Assembly: GCA_016185625.1 (NCBI GenBank)
Contig: JACPND010000040.1
Location: forward strand, 1-30,677
Length of the DNA: 30,677 bases
Direction of reading: 5' to 3'
Source of the DNA: Candidatus Woesearchaeota archaeon
GTDB lineage: Archaea; Nanobdellota; Nanobdellia; Woesearchaeales; GW2011-AR9
Position 1 is the stretch's first letter. Every line of letters begins with the position of its first letter. Shown piece by piece: positions 16,068 to 23,805 of the stretch. A program made the position numbers and the translations under genes. The notes under the pieces were generated by a model. That model made no database searches. It was given only the letters and a program-made list of their open reading frames with translations, and was not told where the DNA came from.

Positions 16068-16437
16068 ATAATTATACAAAAGTTATGTCCTTTGTATATA
16101 GCAACTGTTAATAATTGTCTAAACACGAGAAATTGGCGTGCAATTTCTGTGCCCCAGAAACTTCCAGTTTCTCAGGGTATTAATGTCAGTTACTATAGAT
16201 AGGGTAATAATTACTATAAATGCTAATCCGCCATCCTCGACAGAAGGGTATATCAAAGTGCCCTATATTTACTCCAAAGATATGTCCTTCGCATGAGCCC
16301 AGAACAACACAGTACTATTTTTATGCTCTCGTCGCCGTCTGCTTTTTTCACAACCATTAAATATTAGTTATGGTTATGATAACTAAAATGAAAATCCCTA
16401 CTGCTTTCAAGAAGTGGGGCATCAAACCCAGCAACAA

Positions 16438-16986
16438 ATGAAAAGCAAGCAAGACCGCCTCCTGGAGCTTTTCTTCAACAGCCCGAAATATTGGCATTTT
16501 GAAGAACTGCGAAAACAGGCAGTTATCGGCCGTCCACAGTTAGCCCGTTGGCTGCATATTTTTAAGGAGAAGGGGATTATTAAAAAAATAAAGCCAAAGG
16601 CGAAAATGCCCTATTATGTCCAGAATTCTCAAAGCCCGAAGTTCACGTTGCGGAAGAAGTTATTTGCCCAGCAGAAACTCCTGGAAAGCGGCCTGCTTGA
16701 GCACCTCGCTTCTCTTCCCCAGGCAAAAGTAGTGATTCTATTTGGAAGCTTTTCCCGTGCCGACTGGAACAGGGAAAGTGATATTGATCTCTTCATCTAT
16801 GGGAAAGACAGCGACTTTGAACAAGGCAAATACGAGTTAAAGCTTCATCGCGAGATCCAGGTCCACACCGCTCACAACGCCAAAGATTTTAAAAAAATAG
16901 AAAAACTATTGCCGTTTATCGTTTCCGGTGATTTTATTAAAGGTTCGATTCAGAATCTGGGAGTTGAAATCCATGCCAAAACCTAA
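16438..16986 (+). CDS. wHTH-fused minimal nucleotidyltransferase (MNT-type)
   Basis: VVILFGSFSRADWNRESDIDLFIYG is the GS-x(9-10)-D-x-D nucleotidyltransferase core. The N-terminus is HTH-like (ELRKQAVIGRPQLARWLHIFKEKGII). I use the ATG at 16438 rather than the GTG at 16414. Confidence 0.8.
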   Translation: MKSKQDRLLELFFNSPKYWHFEELRKQAVIGRPQLARWLHIFKEKGIIKKIKPKAKMPYYVQNSQSPKFTLRKKLFAQQKLLESGLLEHLASLPQAKVVILFGSFSRADWNRESDIDLFIYGKDSDFEQGKYELKLHREIQVHTAHNAKDFKKIEKLLPFIVSGDFIKGSIQNLGVEIHAKT

Positions 16987-17434
16987 GACTGCAGTGGAGG
17001 CGTATGAGTATGGCCTGGCCCAGGGTTTAATCCACAATATCAGTGAAGTAAATCAGGAGAAAGTACGCTCTCTGATGCAGAATGCTGAAATAAATATTAG
17101 CTCTGCTGCAATTATAGCCAAAGCCATAGATTCTAAAGCGAAGGAGTGGATGAATGTTTTTACACTCCATTATGAAGCCCTACGCATGTATGCTGAAGCG
17201 GTACTCCATTGTGAAAAAATTGAATCTCCGAATCACCAATGCCTGTTTGCCGCTCTCTGCATAAAATTCCCTCATCTGTCGCTGGATTGGGAGTTCTTGG
17301 ACAGGCTGCGGATAAAAAGAAATGGCCTCAATTATTATGGTGAAAGTATTACTTATGCCGACTGGAAATCAGTAGAATTACCGCTTAACCTTTATCTTTC
17401 GACGCTAAAAAAAGAATTGGCGAACATACTATGA
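16973..17434 (+). CDS. HEPN-domain protein, partner of the MNT
   Basis: All-helical 153-aa protein with LDRLRIKRNGLNYYG, the HEPN-family R-x-x-R-N...Y-G motif. Its ATG overlaps the MNT gene by 14 nt. Its TGA overlaps the livH ATG (ATGA). Confidence 0.75.
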   Translation: MPKPKTAVEAYEYGLAQGLIHNISEVNQEKVRSLMQNAEINISSAAIIAKAIDSKAKEWMNVFTLHYEALRMYAEAVLHCEKIESPNHQCLFAALCIKFPHLSLDWEFLDRLRIKRNGLNYYGESITYADWKSVELPLNLYLSTLKKELANIL

Positions 17435-18315
17435 CCTTCCCCTTCCTCCAACTGCTCTTTAACTCCCTCATCATCGGCAGCATCTATGCTCTCGTCGCCG
17501 TCGGCTTTAGCCTCATCTATTCCACCAACCGCTTCATGCATTTCGCCCATGGCGCCAGCGTCGTCATCGCCGGATACGCCCTCTTCACTTTTTTTCACTT
17601 GCTCCATCTTCATCTTATTATCAGCATTCTTCTCACGCTCGCGATAACGATGTCCATCGGTTACCTGATGCATCTCTGCATCTACAAGCCGCTCCAACAG
17701 CGAAAATCCTCAACAGTCATTTTACTCATCTCTTCTATCGCGCTTCTCATCCTTGCGGAAAATCTGATCCTTCTCTTCTATGGCGCAGACGTGAAATCGA
17801 TTGGCCTCATCCCGCCCAGAACTGGCATTTCCATTGGCGATGCCAACATCACTGTGCTGCAGATTTTTCTCATCGTCATTTCCGTCATCTTACTCATCTT
17901 TCTCTACCTATTCCTCCGCCATACGAGACTTGGACGGAATCTGCGAGCCGTTGCGGATAACAAAGAATTGGCGGCGATTATGGGATTGAATACCAGCCGA
18001 CTCCTGGCCTTTTCCTTTGTCATCGGTTCTCTGCTAGCTGGCATCGCCGGCATTCTTATCGGTCTGGAGCAGAATTTAAATCCAATGATGGGCACCAGCT
18101 TGATGATCAAAGGCTTCAGCGGTGCGGTCATCGGAGGAATATTTTCCGTTCCCGGCTCGATCCTGGGCAGCTATATTGTGGGAGGAGCAGAAAACTTCGG
18201 CACCTGGTATTTGCCATCAGGATATAAAGATGCCATCACCTTCACCTTATTATTCCTCTTTCTGCTGTTCAAACCGGCGGGACTATTCGGAATGGAAAAA
18301 GGAGTGAAAGCATGA
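17431..18315 (+). CDS. livH: branched-chain amino-acid ABC transporter permease
   Basis: 294 aa, multi-TM, with an N-terminus of the LivH pattern (LLFNSLIIGSIYALVAVGFSLIYS). Adjacent to livM/G/F-type genes with 4-nt overlaps. Confidence 0.9.
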   Translation: MTFPFLQLLFNSLIIGSIYALVAVGFSLIYSTNRFMHFAHGASVVIAGYALFTFFHLLHLHLIISILLTLAITMSIGYLMHLCIYKPLQQRKSSTVILLISSIALLILAENLILLFYGADVKSIGLIPPRTGISIGDANITVLQIFLIVISVILLIFLYLFLRHTRLGRNLRAVADNKELAAIMGLNTSRLLAFSFVIGSLLAGIAGILIGLEQNLNPMMGTSLMIKGFSGAVIGGIFSVPGSILGSYIVGGAENFGTWYLPSGYKDAITFTLLFLFLLFKPAGLFGMEKGVKA

Positions 18316-19178
18316 GCTACTGGATCCACATTTTGATTTTAGTAGGGATTTATCTCATTCTGGCAGTGAGCCTCAACCTGGCTCTGGGCTATACCGGCCT
18401 GCTCAATCTCGGCCACGTCGCCTTTTTTGGCCTCGGCGCATATACGTCAGTCTTATTAACCGATGCCGGCGTTCATTTTATCGTTGCTTTTCTTGCCGCC
18501 GGCCTGGTGGCCAGCCTATTTGGGTTGGGCTTAGTTCTCATCACCAGAAAATTGAAAGGCGACTATCTTGCTCTCGCCACTCTCAGCTTCCATTTTGTGA
18601 TCTATTCATTATTGCTCAACTGGGTCTCGCTGACGAGAGGGCCTCTGGGAATTGCCGGCATTGCCAAACCATCCTTCTTTGGATTTTCCATCACTTCCAA
18701 CACGGCCTATCTTTTTTTTGTCAGCAGTATCGCCCTGATCACTATCGTTATCATCTACAAGATCGTCTCTTCGCCTTTCGGCAGATTGCTCCAGGCCACA
18801 CGAGACGATGAACTCGGCCTGCGCGTGCTCGGCAAGAATACCACCAAACTCAAAGCCAAAGCGATGATGCTCTCGGCTTTTTTTGCGGGAATCGCCGGCA
18901 GCCTGTTTGCGCATTATATTACCTATATCGAGCCAAATTCTTTCACCTTAACCGAAATTATTCTCGTGCTCACTATTGTCATCGTCGGCGGATTGGCTTC
19001 CATCAAAGGAACGCTGGCCGCCACCTTTATCATCATCGCCATTCCGGAACTGCTGCGTTTCGTGGCGATTCCCAGCGCCATAGTCGGGCCATCTCGCCAA
19101 ATCCTCTATGCGTTGATCTTGCTGATGATTTTGCTTTATCGTCCCCGCGGATTATTTGGGAGGATTGATCTCACATGA
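18312..19178 (+). CDS. livM: branched-chain amino-acid ABC transporter permease
   Basis: 288 aa, multi-TM. LNLALGYTGLLNLGHVAFFGLGAY is the LivM signature region. Confidence 0.9.
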   Translation: MSYWIHILILVGIYLILAVSLNLALGYTGLLNLGHVAFFGLGAYTSVLLTDAGVHFIVAFLAAGLVASLFGLGLVLITRKLKGDYLALATLSFHFVIYSLLLNWVSLTRGPLGIAGIAKPSFFGFSITSNTAYLFFVSSIALITIVIIYKIVSSPFGRLLQATRDDELGLRVLGKNTTKLKAKAMMLSAFFAGIAGSLFAHYITYIEPNSFTLTEIILVLTIVIVGGLASIKGTLAATFIIIAIPELLRFVAIPSAIVGPSRQILYALILLMILLYRPRGLFGRIDLT

Positions 19179-19903
19179 TGCTCCACGTCGAACAGATTTA
19201 CAAGAACTTTGGCGGGATCACGGCGCTGGACGGCTGTACTCTTTCGATTGAAAAAGGAAGGATCACCGCTCTCATCGGCCCTAATGGTTCCGGCAAATCA
19301 ACCCTCTTCAATATTATTTCCCGGCTGCTCAAGGAAGATAGCGGAAAGATATCTTTTAATGGGCAGGACATCACCACCTCAGACGAAGTGCAGGTAGCTC
19401 GGCAGGGGATTTCCCGTACTTTTCAGGACGTCCGCTTATTCCGCAATCTGACCATCCAACAGCATTTGGAAATTGCCTTAAGCGATGAAGATGAATTTTT
19501 GTTGAAGAGTCTGAACAAGAAAACAGACCACGACCAAAAAATAAAAGAAATCCTCCATCTTGTCCGCCTGCACAAGCCACTCCAGACCTTGGCGACCGAT
19601 CTCAGTTACGGCCAGCGAAAGTTGCTTGATTTAGCCATCGCCATGGCGAAGCCGCATTCCTTGTTAATGCTGGATGAGCCCGTCGCCGGAATCAATCCGC
19701 AGCTTCGTCAGGAAATCAAAGAGATACTGCGGACACTGCATCAGCAAGGTGAGACCGTCTTGTTAATCGAGCATGACATGAATTTCGTGATGGATCTGGC
19801 CGGATATATCTACGTCTTAGACGCGGGAAAAGTCATTGCTCATGGTGAACCCCGGAAAATTCAGCAAAATCCCAACGTGCTCGCGGCCTATTTAGGAGAA
19901 TGA
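19175..19903 (+). CDS. livG: branched-chain amino-acid ABC transporter ATP-binding protein
   Basis: Walker A GPNGSGKST, signature LSYGQRKLL, Walker B LLMLDEP. Confidence 0.9.
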   Translation: MMLHVEQIYKNFGGITALDGCTLSIEKGRITALIGPNGSGKSTLFNIISRLLKEDSGKISFNGQDITTSDEVQVARQGISRTFQDVRLFRNLTIQQHLEIALSDEDEFLLKSLNKKTDHDQKIKEILHLVRLHKPLQTLATDLSYGQRKLLDLAIAMAKPHSLLMLDEPVAGINPQLRQEIKEILRTLHQQGETVLLIEHDMNFVMDLAGYIYVLDAGKVIAHGEPRKIQQNPNVLAAYLGE

Positions 19904-19904
19904 C

Positions 19905-20609
19905 ATGTTACAAATAACCCATCTTCAGGCCGGATATGGAGAACTGCAGATACTCCAGGGAATTGATCTCGAAGTAAAGGCAGATGAAATCGTGGCTTTG
20001 ATCGGGCCGAATGGCGCTGGGAAAAGCACGGTGTTAAAATCAATTTTTAATATCACCACTATCACCCAAGGCCAGATCATCTTTAAAGGAAAAAATATCA
20101 CTGGTTTACCAACGTACGAATTGCTGAAATTAGGGGTTAGTTTCGTTCCTCAGGGAAAAATCAATTTCGGCGAGTTGACCGTGCAGGAAAATCTGGAATT
20201 GGGCGCCGGGATGCGGGATAAGGCCATCATCCAGAAAAATCTGGAACGCGTCTATCATCAATTTCCCGCGCTTCGGGAGAGAAAAGAACAACTCGCGTTC
20301 TCCTTAAGCGGCGGACAGCAGCAGATGCTGGCTCTTGGCAGAGCTTTAATGCAGAGCCCATCTTTGTTATTGCTGGATGAGCCCTCGCTGGGCTTGAGTC
20401 CAAAGCTGCAAGTGGAATTATTTCAGATGCTGGTAAAGTTAAAACAGGAAGAAGGCCTTTCTCTCCTCATGGTCGAGCAGAACGCCAAAAAGGCCATCGA
20501 AATTGCCGATCGGACGTATCTGCTGGAAGACGGAAAAGTAGCGCTGCAGGGTGGGAAGGAAATTCTCTCCCATAAGAAAATTAAAGAAGTATATTTGGGA
20601 GGACGGTAA
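19905..20609 (+). CDS. livF: branched-chain amino-acid ABC transporter ATP-binding protein
   Basis: Walker A GPNGAGKST, signature LSGGQQQML, Walker B LLLLDEPS. Confidence 0.9.
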   Translation: MLQITHLQAGYGELQILQGIDLEVKADEIVALIGPNGAGKSTVLKSIFNITTITQGQIIFKGKNITGLPTYELLKLGVSFVPQGKINFGELTVQENLELGAGMRDKAIIQKNLERVYHQFPALRERKEQLAFSLSGGQQQMLALGRALMQSPSLLLLDEPSLGLSPKLQVELFQMLVKLKQEEGLSLLMVEQNAKKAIEIADRTYLLEDGKVALQGGKEILSHKKIKEVYLGGR

Positions 20610-20664
20610 GACTTCAGATTGGTTGACGATAACATTTATAAATAACCCACTTGTTTAGTCTGTC

Positions 20665-20835
20665 ATGGAACAGAAAACCTGCAGCTCCTGCAAAATTGAC
20701 GTTGTCAACGATCCCGGACGGGCGCGTTTCAAATGCCCCAGCTGCGGCGATTATGATATTGTCCGCTGCATCCAATGCCGCAAGAATGCAGTGAAATACA
20801 CTTGCCCCGGCTGCAATTTCCTGGGGCCGAACTAG
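20665..20835 (+). CDS. small Zn-ribbon protein (archaeal translation-associated type)
   Basis: 56-aa ORF absent from the track because it is under 60 aa: MEQKTCSSCKIDVVNDPGRARFKCPSCGDYDIVRCIQCRKNAVKYTCPGCNFLGPN. It has four CxxC pairs. Position immediately upstream of aEF-1beta is the conserved archaeal arrangement. Confidence 0.75.
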   Translation: MEQKTCSSCKIDVVNDPGRARFKCPSCGDYDIVRCIQCRKNAVKYTCPGCNFLGPN

Positions 20836-20842
20836 TTTTCTC

Positions 20843-21121
20843 ATGGCCAAGGCAATCATTACCTTCAAACTGATGCCGGAATCTCCCGATGTCAATCTCG
20901 AGCCAATCAAGCAGAAAGCCCAGGAGATCGCCAAAAAACATGGCGCTCTCGGCCAGATGCAGGCAAAAGAAGAACCTATTGCCTTCGGATTGAAAGCAGT
21001 GCTCATTCTCGCCATGTATACCGTGGAAGGCACGGACTTTGAAAAAATTGCCGAAGAGATGGGCACGATTCCAGATGTGGAAAGTTCTCAGGTAGCGAAG
21101 ATGGATCTGGCGCTGGGTTAG
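20843..21121 (+). CDS. ef1b: translation elongation factor aEF-1 beta
   Basis: 92 aa. FKLMPESPDVNLEPIK...EEPIAFGLKAVLI...EGTDFEKIAEEM matches the archaeal EF-1beta guanine-nucleotide-exchange domain. Confidence 0.9.
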   Translation: MAKAIITFKLMPESPDVNLEPIKQKAQEIAKKHGALGQMQAKEEPIAFGLKAVLILAMYTVEGTDFEKIAEEMGTIPDVESSQVAKMDLALG

Positions 21122-21672
21122 AACTGATCAGACCAAATCTCATGGAGTGAATAATGCACTCGATTTTTGTTTAAGAATTGCAATATTTGTATTCTACGCT
21201 CCATCGGTATAAGAATTATTGCTTTGCCTAGCTTTTTCCCACCAGCTTCTTGCACCAATCCGGCGGCAGAATACGTCTTATTGGCAATTTTTTGTGCGTA
21301 ACCATACAAATTTCTCCAGATTTGCATCTGTTCTGCGGTACTTTTCTTTCTGACATCCAGTGTTATCAAAGCAGAATATTTTGTCTTCTCAGGGATTTCA
21401 GAATATTTCCCGTAGAGCATAATGCCGGAACTGATTACTTCCCGACGAAGCCTCCATTTTTGCAAATTGCCCACTTTCACTGATATTTCGTTCATGACAT
21501 TTTTTAGCTTCCAGGTTTCTCGTGCTCTGGAAGCATCGAACAACTTCAGAATCTTCAAAACATCGCTCTCCAGTTTCTCGTCTGCATCGGCAAAGATGTC
21601 CACATCACTTTTTTCTGTAAAGTCTCCACGGGCTACAGAGCCAAAGAGGATAATTTTGTTAATCTTATCTCC
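21118..21672 (-). pseudogene. nucleotidyltransferase gene that has lost its start codon (5' end abutted by repeat II)
   Basis: Upstream of the track's GTG start (21603) the same frame reads GDKINKIILFGSVARGDFTEKSDVDIF, the catalytic GS...D-x-D core. No ATG, GTG or TTG occurs between that motif and an in-frame TGA lying inside the 97-bp repeat that starts at 21673. Confidence 0.6.
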
Positions 21673-21769
21673 TATAGAAGGGTTTGAATAACCTATCTTA
21701 ATAGTTCAAACCCTTCTAAGTAGGACTTTGAATATCGATGAATGGGATGGTTATTCAAAGTCCTCTATA
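21673..21769 (+). repeat. 97-bp twin-hairpin repeat (family II), copy 1
   Basis: Identical at 97 of 97 positions to 23579-23675 in the same orientation. It contains a 14-bp perfect stem (21675-21688 / 21705-21718) and a 13-bp perfect stem (21722-21734 / 21752-21764). Weaker similarity continues about 15 nt to the right. Confidence 0.9.
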
Positions 21770-22069
21770 GTACTATCTACTAAAAATGAAGCAAAATGTA
21801 AACCGACTGCCTCGGCTATCCCAATCGCAGCAAGCTGTGGGGATTTAGACCAAACCCACATTAAAATTGCCGGAGTACAACCCATTAATAATTATGCAGA
21901 GCAAGCAATTCGTGAAACTGTTTTAGTTCGCAAAATAATTGGGGCGTTCCGCTCCGTGGGTGGAACCAAAACATACGAAACTCTTGCTTCTCTGATTGCG
22001 ACATGGCAATTACAGAAACTGAACATCAAAAAAGAATTAACCAGAATGTTATCAGCAAATCTGTGCTAA
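21728..22069 (+). pseudogene. C-terminal remnant of an IS66-like transposase
   Basis: The last ~70 aa read QPINNYAEQAIRETVLVRKIIGAFRSVGGTKTYETLASLIATWQLQKLN. This matches the IS66-family C-terminal pattern (N-N-x-A-E-x-x-I-R...R-K...G...S-x-x-G...L-x-S-L-I-x-T). The ORF is far too short for a transposase and its first codons lie in repeat II. Confidence 0.5.
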
Positions 22070-22073
22070 AAAG

Positions 22074-22916
22074 CTAAACAAATACCGTTTCTCGGAACTT
22101 TCCAAAACCAATCTTGTAAAACTCATGTCTCTTATTAATCCTTATTTTCACCTGCGGCTTTATCTTCTCGTAACCAACATAGGTAAACGGCAGAAACAAT
22201 CCTACAAACCGCTGAATTTCTTTCTTGCTCATGCCTTTTCCGGTCTTCTTTTTCAATTCCCGTTCCTGCTGCCAGCGCCATCGTTGGTGCAAATCCGGAC
22301 TATCCGGCTTAAGCATGATGAAGAAATTAAGATATTTCCAGAGCTGCTGGTAGGATCTTATTTGTGTTAGTATGGTTGCAGAATGTTCTAAGGTAGGATC
22401 AATGTTTTTCAATGGAATCTTATTTTTCGTGCAGATTTGTACGAGTTGCTTAACTGAAACTGGAGGAATTCCCAAACACCAGCCTTCCATAATAACAAAA
22501 TCCAGTTTTCCTATCTTTCTGTTTTCGGCAATCTCGCCATAGGCGCCGTGAAGAGATTTGTCAAAAACGGGAATTTCTGTCGGTTTTCCTTGCTTTATTT
22601 TTTTCAGGACGGACAAAAGATATTTTATCCGATGTGTTCCCGGCAGGCCGCGGGGGATTTGGTAATAAGGATTATCAGGATATCTTTTAGCGAGTTGTTT
22701 TCGTTCAGCCGCACTTTTATAGAAATCATCCAGTGAGAAAACTTCAACTTTGAAACCTTTGTTCTGTAATTGCTCCCGCAGATATTTCGCCAGCGTCGTT
22801 TTTCCGGTTCCCTGGCCGCCCTGCAGGCCGATGATGGCTGGTCTCGGCAGGGAAATTATCTGTTGCAGTACCGGAATAATGATGCTCTTCGTCTCTTCTG
22901 AAGAAAAATATTCCAT
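22074..22916 (-). CDS. P-loop kinase resembling D-glycerate 3-kinase (GLYK type)
   Basis: IIGLQGGQGTGKTTLAKYL...FSLDDFY...RGLPGTHRIKYL...PVFDKSLHGAYGE...IMEGWCLG...WRWQQERELKKKTGKGMSKKEI follows the GLYK pattern known from plants, fungi and cyanobacteria. I start it at ATG 22916 (MEYFSSEE), one nt after the upstream gene's stop. Confidence 0.7.
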   Translation of the reverse strand: MEYFSSEETKSIIIPVLQQIISLPRPAIIGLQGGQGTGKTTLAKYLREQLQNKGFKVEVFSLDDFYKSAAERKQLAKRYPDNPYYQIPRGLPGTHRIKYLLSVLKKIKQGKPTEIPVFDKSLHGAYGEIAENRKIGKLDFVIMEGWCLGIPPVSVKQLVQICTKNKIPLKNIDPTLEHSATILTQIRSYQQLWKYLNFFIMLKPDSPDLHQRWRWQQERELKKKTGKGMSKKEIQRFVGLFLPFTYVGYEKIKPQVKIRINKRHEFYKIGFGKFRETVFV

Positions 22917-22917
22917 T

Positions 22918-23337
22918 TCAAAAACCGGCCGCTTTGGCTGCTCGCATAAGAACAATCTTTTGCCGAATACTTGAAAATTGGTTCTCTTGGAATCGCTGTC
23001 GAACATCGTTCCACGCTTTTCGATAGGTATAAAAATATTCAGAGAGATCTAAAGCATTGCCAAAAAGGACCCGATGATTCTCGATTATCCCCATTTGTAT
23101 ATCCAGAGGGAGAAGCTCAAAAATTTTCAGACCATATGGGAGAGGAACTTTTCCCAACAAGGCCTTCCAGATTTTAACATTTTCAGCATATTCTTTTTTT
23201 CTGGTAATTACTGCTACATCAATATCAGAACGCGCTGTCCGTGTTCCTTTGGAGTAACTGCCGTAGACAACAAGGTCATACTTTTGCAGCGACGCCAGGT
23301 TTTTCCTGATCTCATCTAAAGATTTTTTTGATGGCAT
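22918..23337 (-). CDS. minimal nucleotidyltransferase (MNT-type)
   Basis: LVVYGSYSKGTRTARSDIDVAVI is the nucleotidyltransferase core. I prefer the start MPSKKSLDEIRK at 23337 over the track's 23385. Confidence 0.75.
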   Translation of the reverse strand: MPSKKSLDEIRKNLASLQKYDLVVYGSYSKGTRTARSDIDVAVITRKKEYAENVKIWKALLGKVPLPYGLKIFELLPLDIQMGIIENHRVLFGNALDLSEYFYTYRKAWNDVRQRFQENQFSSIRQKIVLMRAAKAAGF

Positions 23338-23480
23338 ATTCGATCCGTTCGAGGAAATCGTAAAGATGTTCTTTAATGGCATCAATCCTGGTAAACAAAT
23401 TCATTTTTCGACGGTATTTTTGGAAGCGATCTGGCATAGGTTGAGAATAGTATAAAAGTATATAAAGATTGCTCAGTTTA

Positions 23481-23805
23481 GGCACTATCTTTTTTTGTGA
23501 GTCATGGCTTGGCCAGGAGGTGTCTGACCAAGAGGGCAATATGCTCTAATTAAGGTCTGAAAACCTTCCGGAAAACATTATAGAAGGGTTTGAATAACCT
23601 ATCTTAATAGTTCAAACCCTTCTAAGTAGGACTTTGAATATCGATGAATGGGATGGTTATTCAAAGTCCTCTATACTATTCACTCTAAAAAACATCAGGT
23701 TTTCGGTTGGTCAGACGGCCTGCCATCACCCACTCACGAGATGAGGCAACAACCTCATCTGTGCACAAGTGAAGTCGTTGCTTCACTTTGTGTTTTGGAT
23801 AGTGC
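23481..23805. mobile_element. MITE-like element, family I, copy c (325 bp, carrying two nested insertions)
   Basis: Family I termini are GGCACTATCT... and ...GGATAGTGC, with internal GTCTGACCAAGAG and TTGGTCAGACGG. Flanking 9-mers are CTCAGTTTA (23472-23480) and CTCAGTTTG (23806-23814). The centre is occupied by repeat II copy 2. A further ~50-nt double hairpin (23739-23788) splits the right terminus. Confidence 0.8.
23579..23675 (+). repeat. 97-bp twin-hairpin repeat (family II), copy 2, nested in MITE copy c
   Basis: Perfect copy of 21673-21769, offset by 1906 bp. Confidence 0.9.

Noticed and set aside
8039-20609. Possibility that the contig is bacterial, given the porin-like protein, TSP3 repeats, liv operon and Shine-Dalgarno sites
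   Set aside because: The aEF-1beta gene with its Zn-ribbon partner, the intron-containing tRNA-Trp and the TATA-box spacing argue for an archaeal host. The bacterial-looking genes are better explained as shared or transferred functions.
20614-21066. 150-aa minus-strand ORF from the track
   Set aside because: It lies antisense to the Zn-ribbon gene (20665-20835) and the aEF-1beta gene (20843-21121). Both have clear family signatures, and the antisense product has none.
23312-23539. 75-aa minus-strand ORF upstream of the MNT gene
   Set aside because: Its N-terminus is encoded by the left arm of MITE copy c and it overlaps the preferred MNT start. A shorter peptide (MNLFTRIDAIKEHLYDFLERIEYAIKKIFR) cannot be excluded but has no support.
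21673-23675. The 97-bp repeats considered as a CRISPR array or leader
   Set aside because: There are only two copies, 1.9 kb apart, with protein-coding genes between them. The unit is far longer than a CRISPR repeat, and no cas genes are present.
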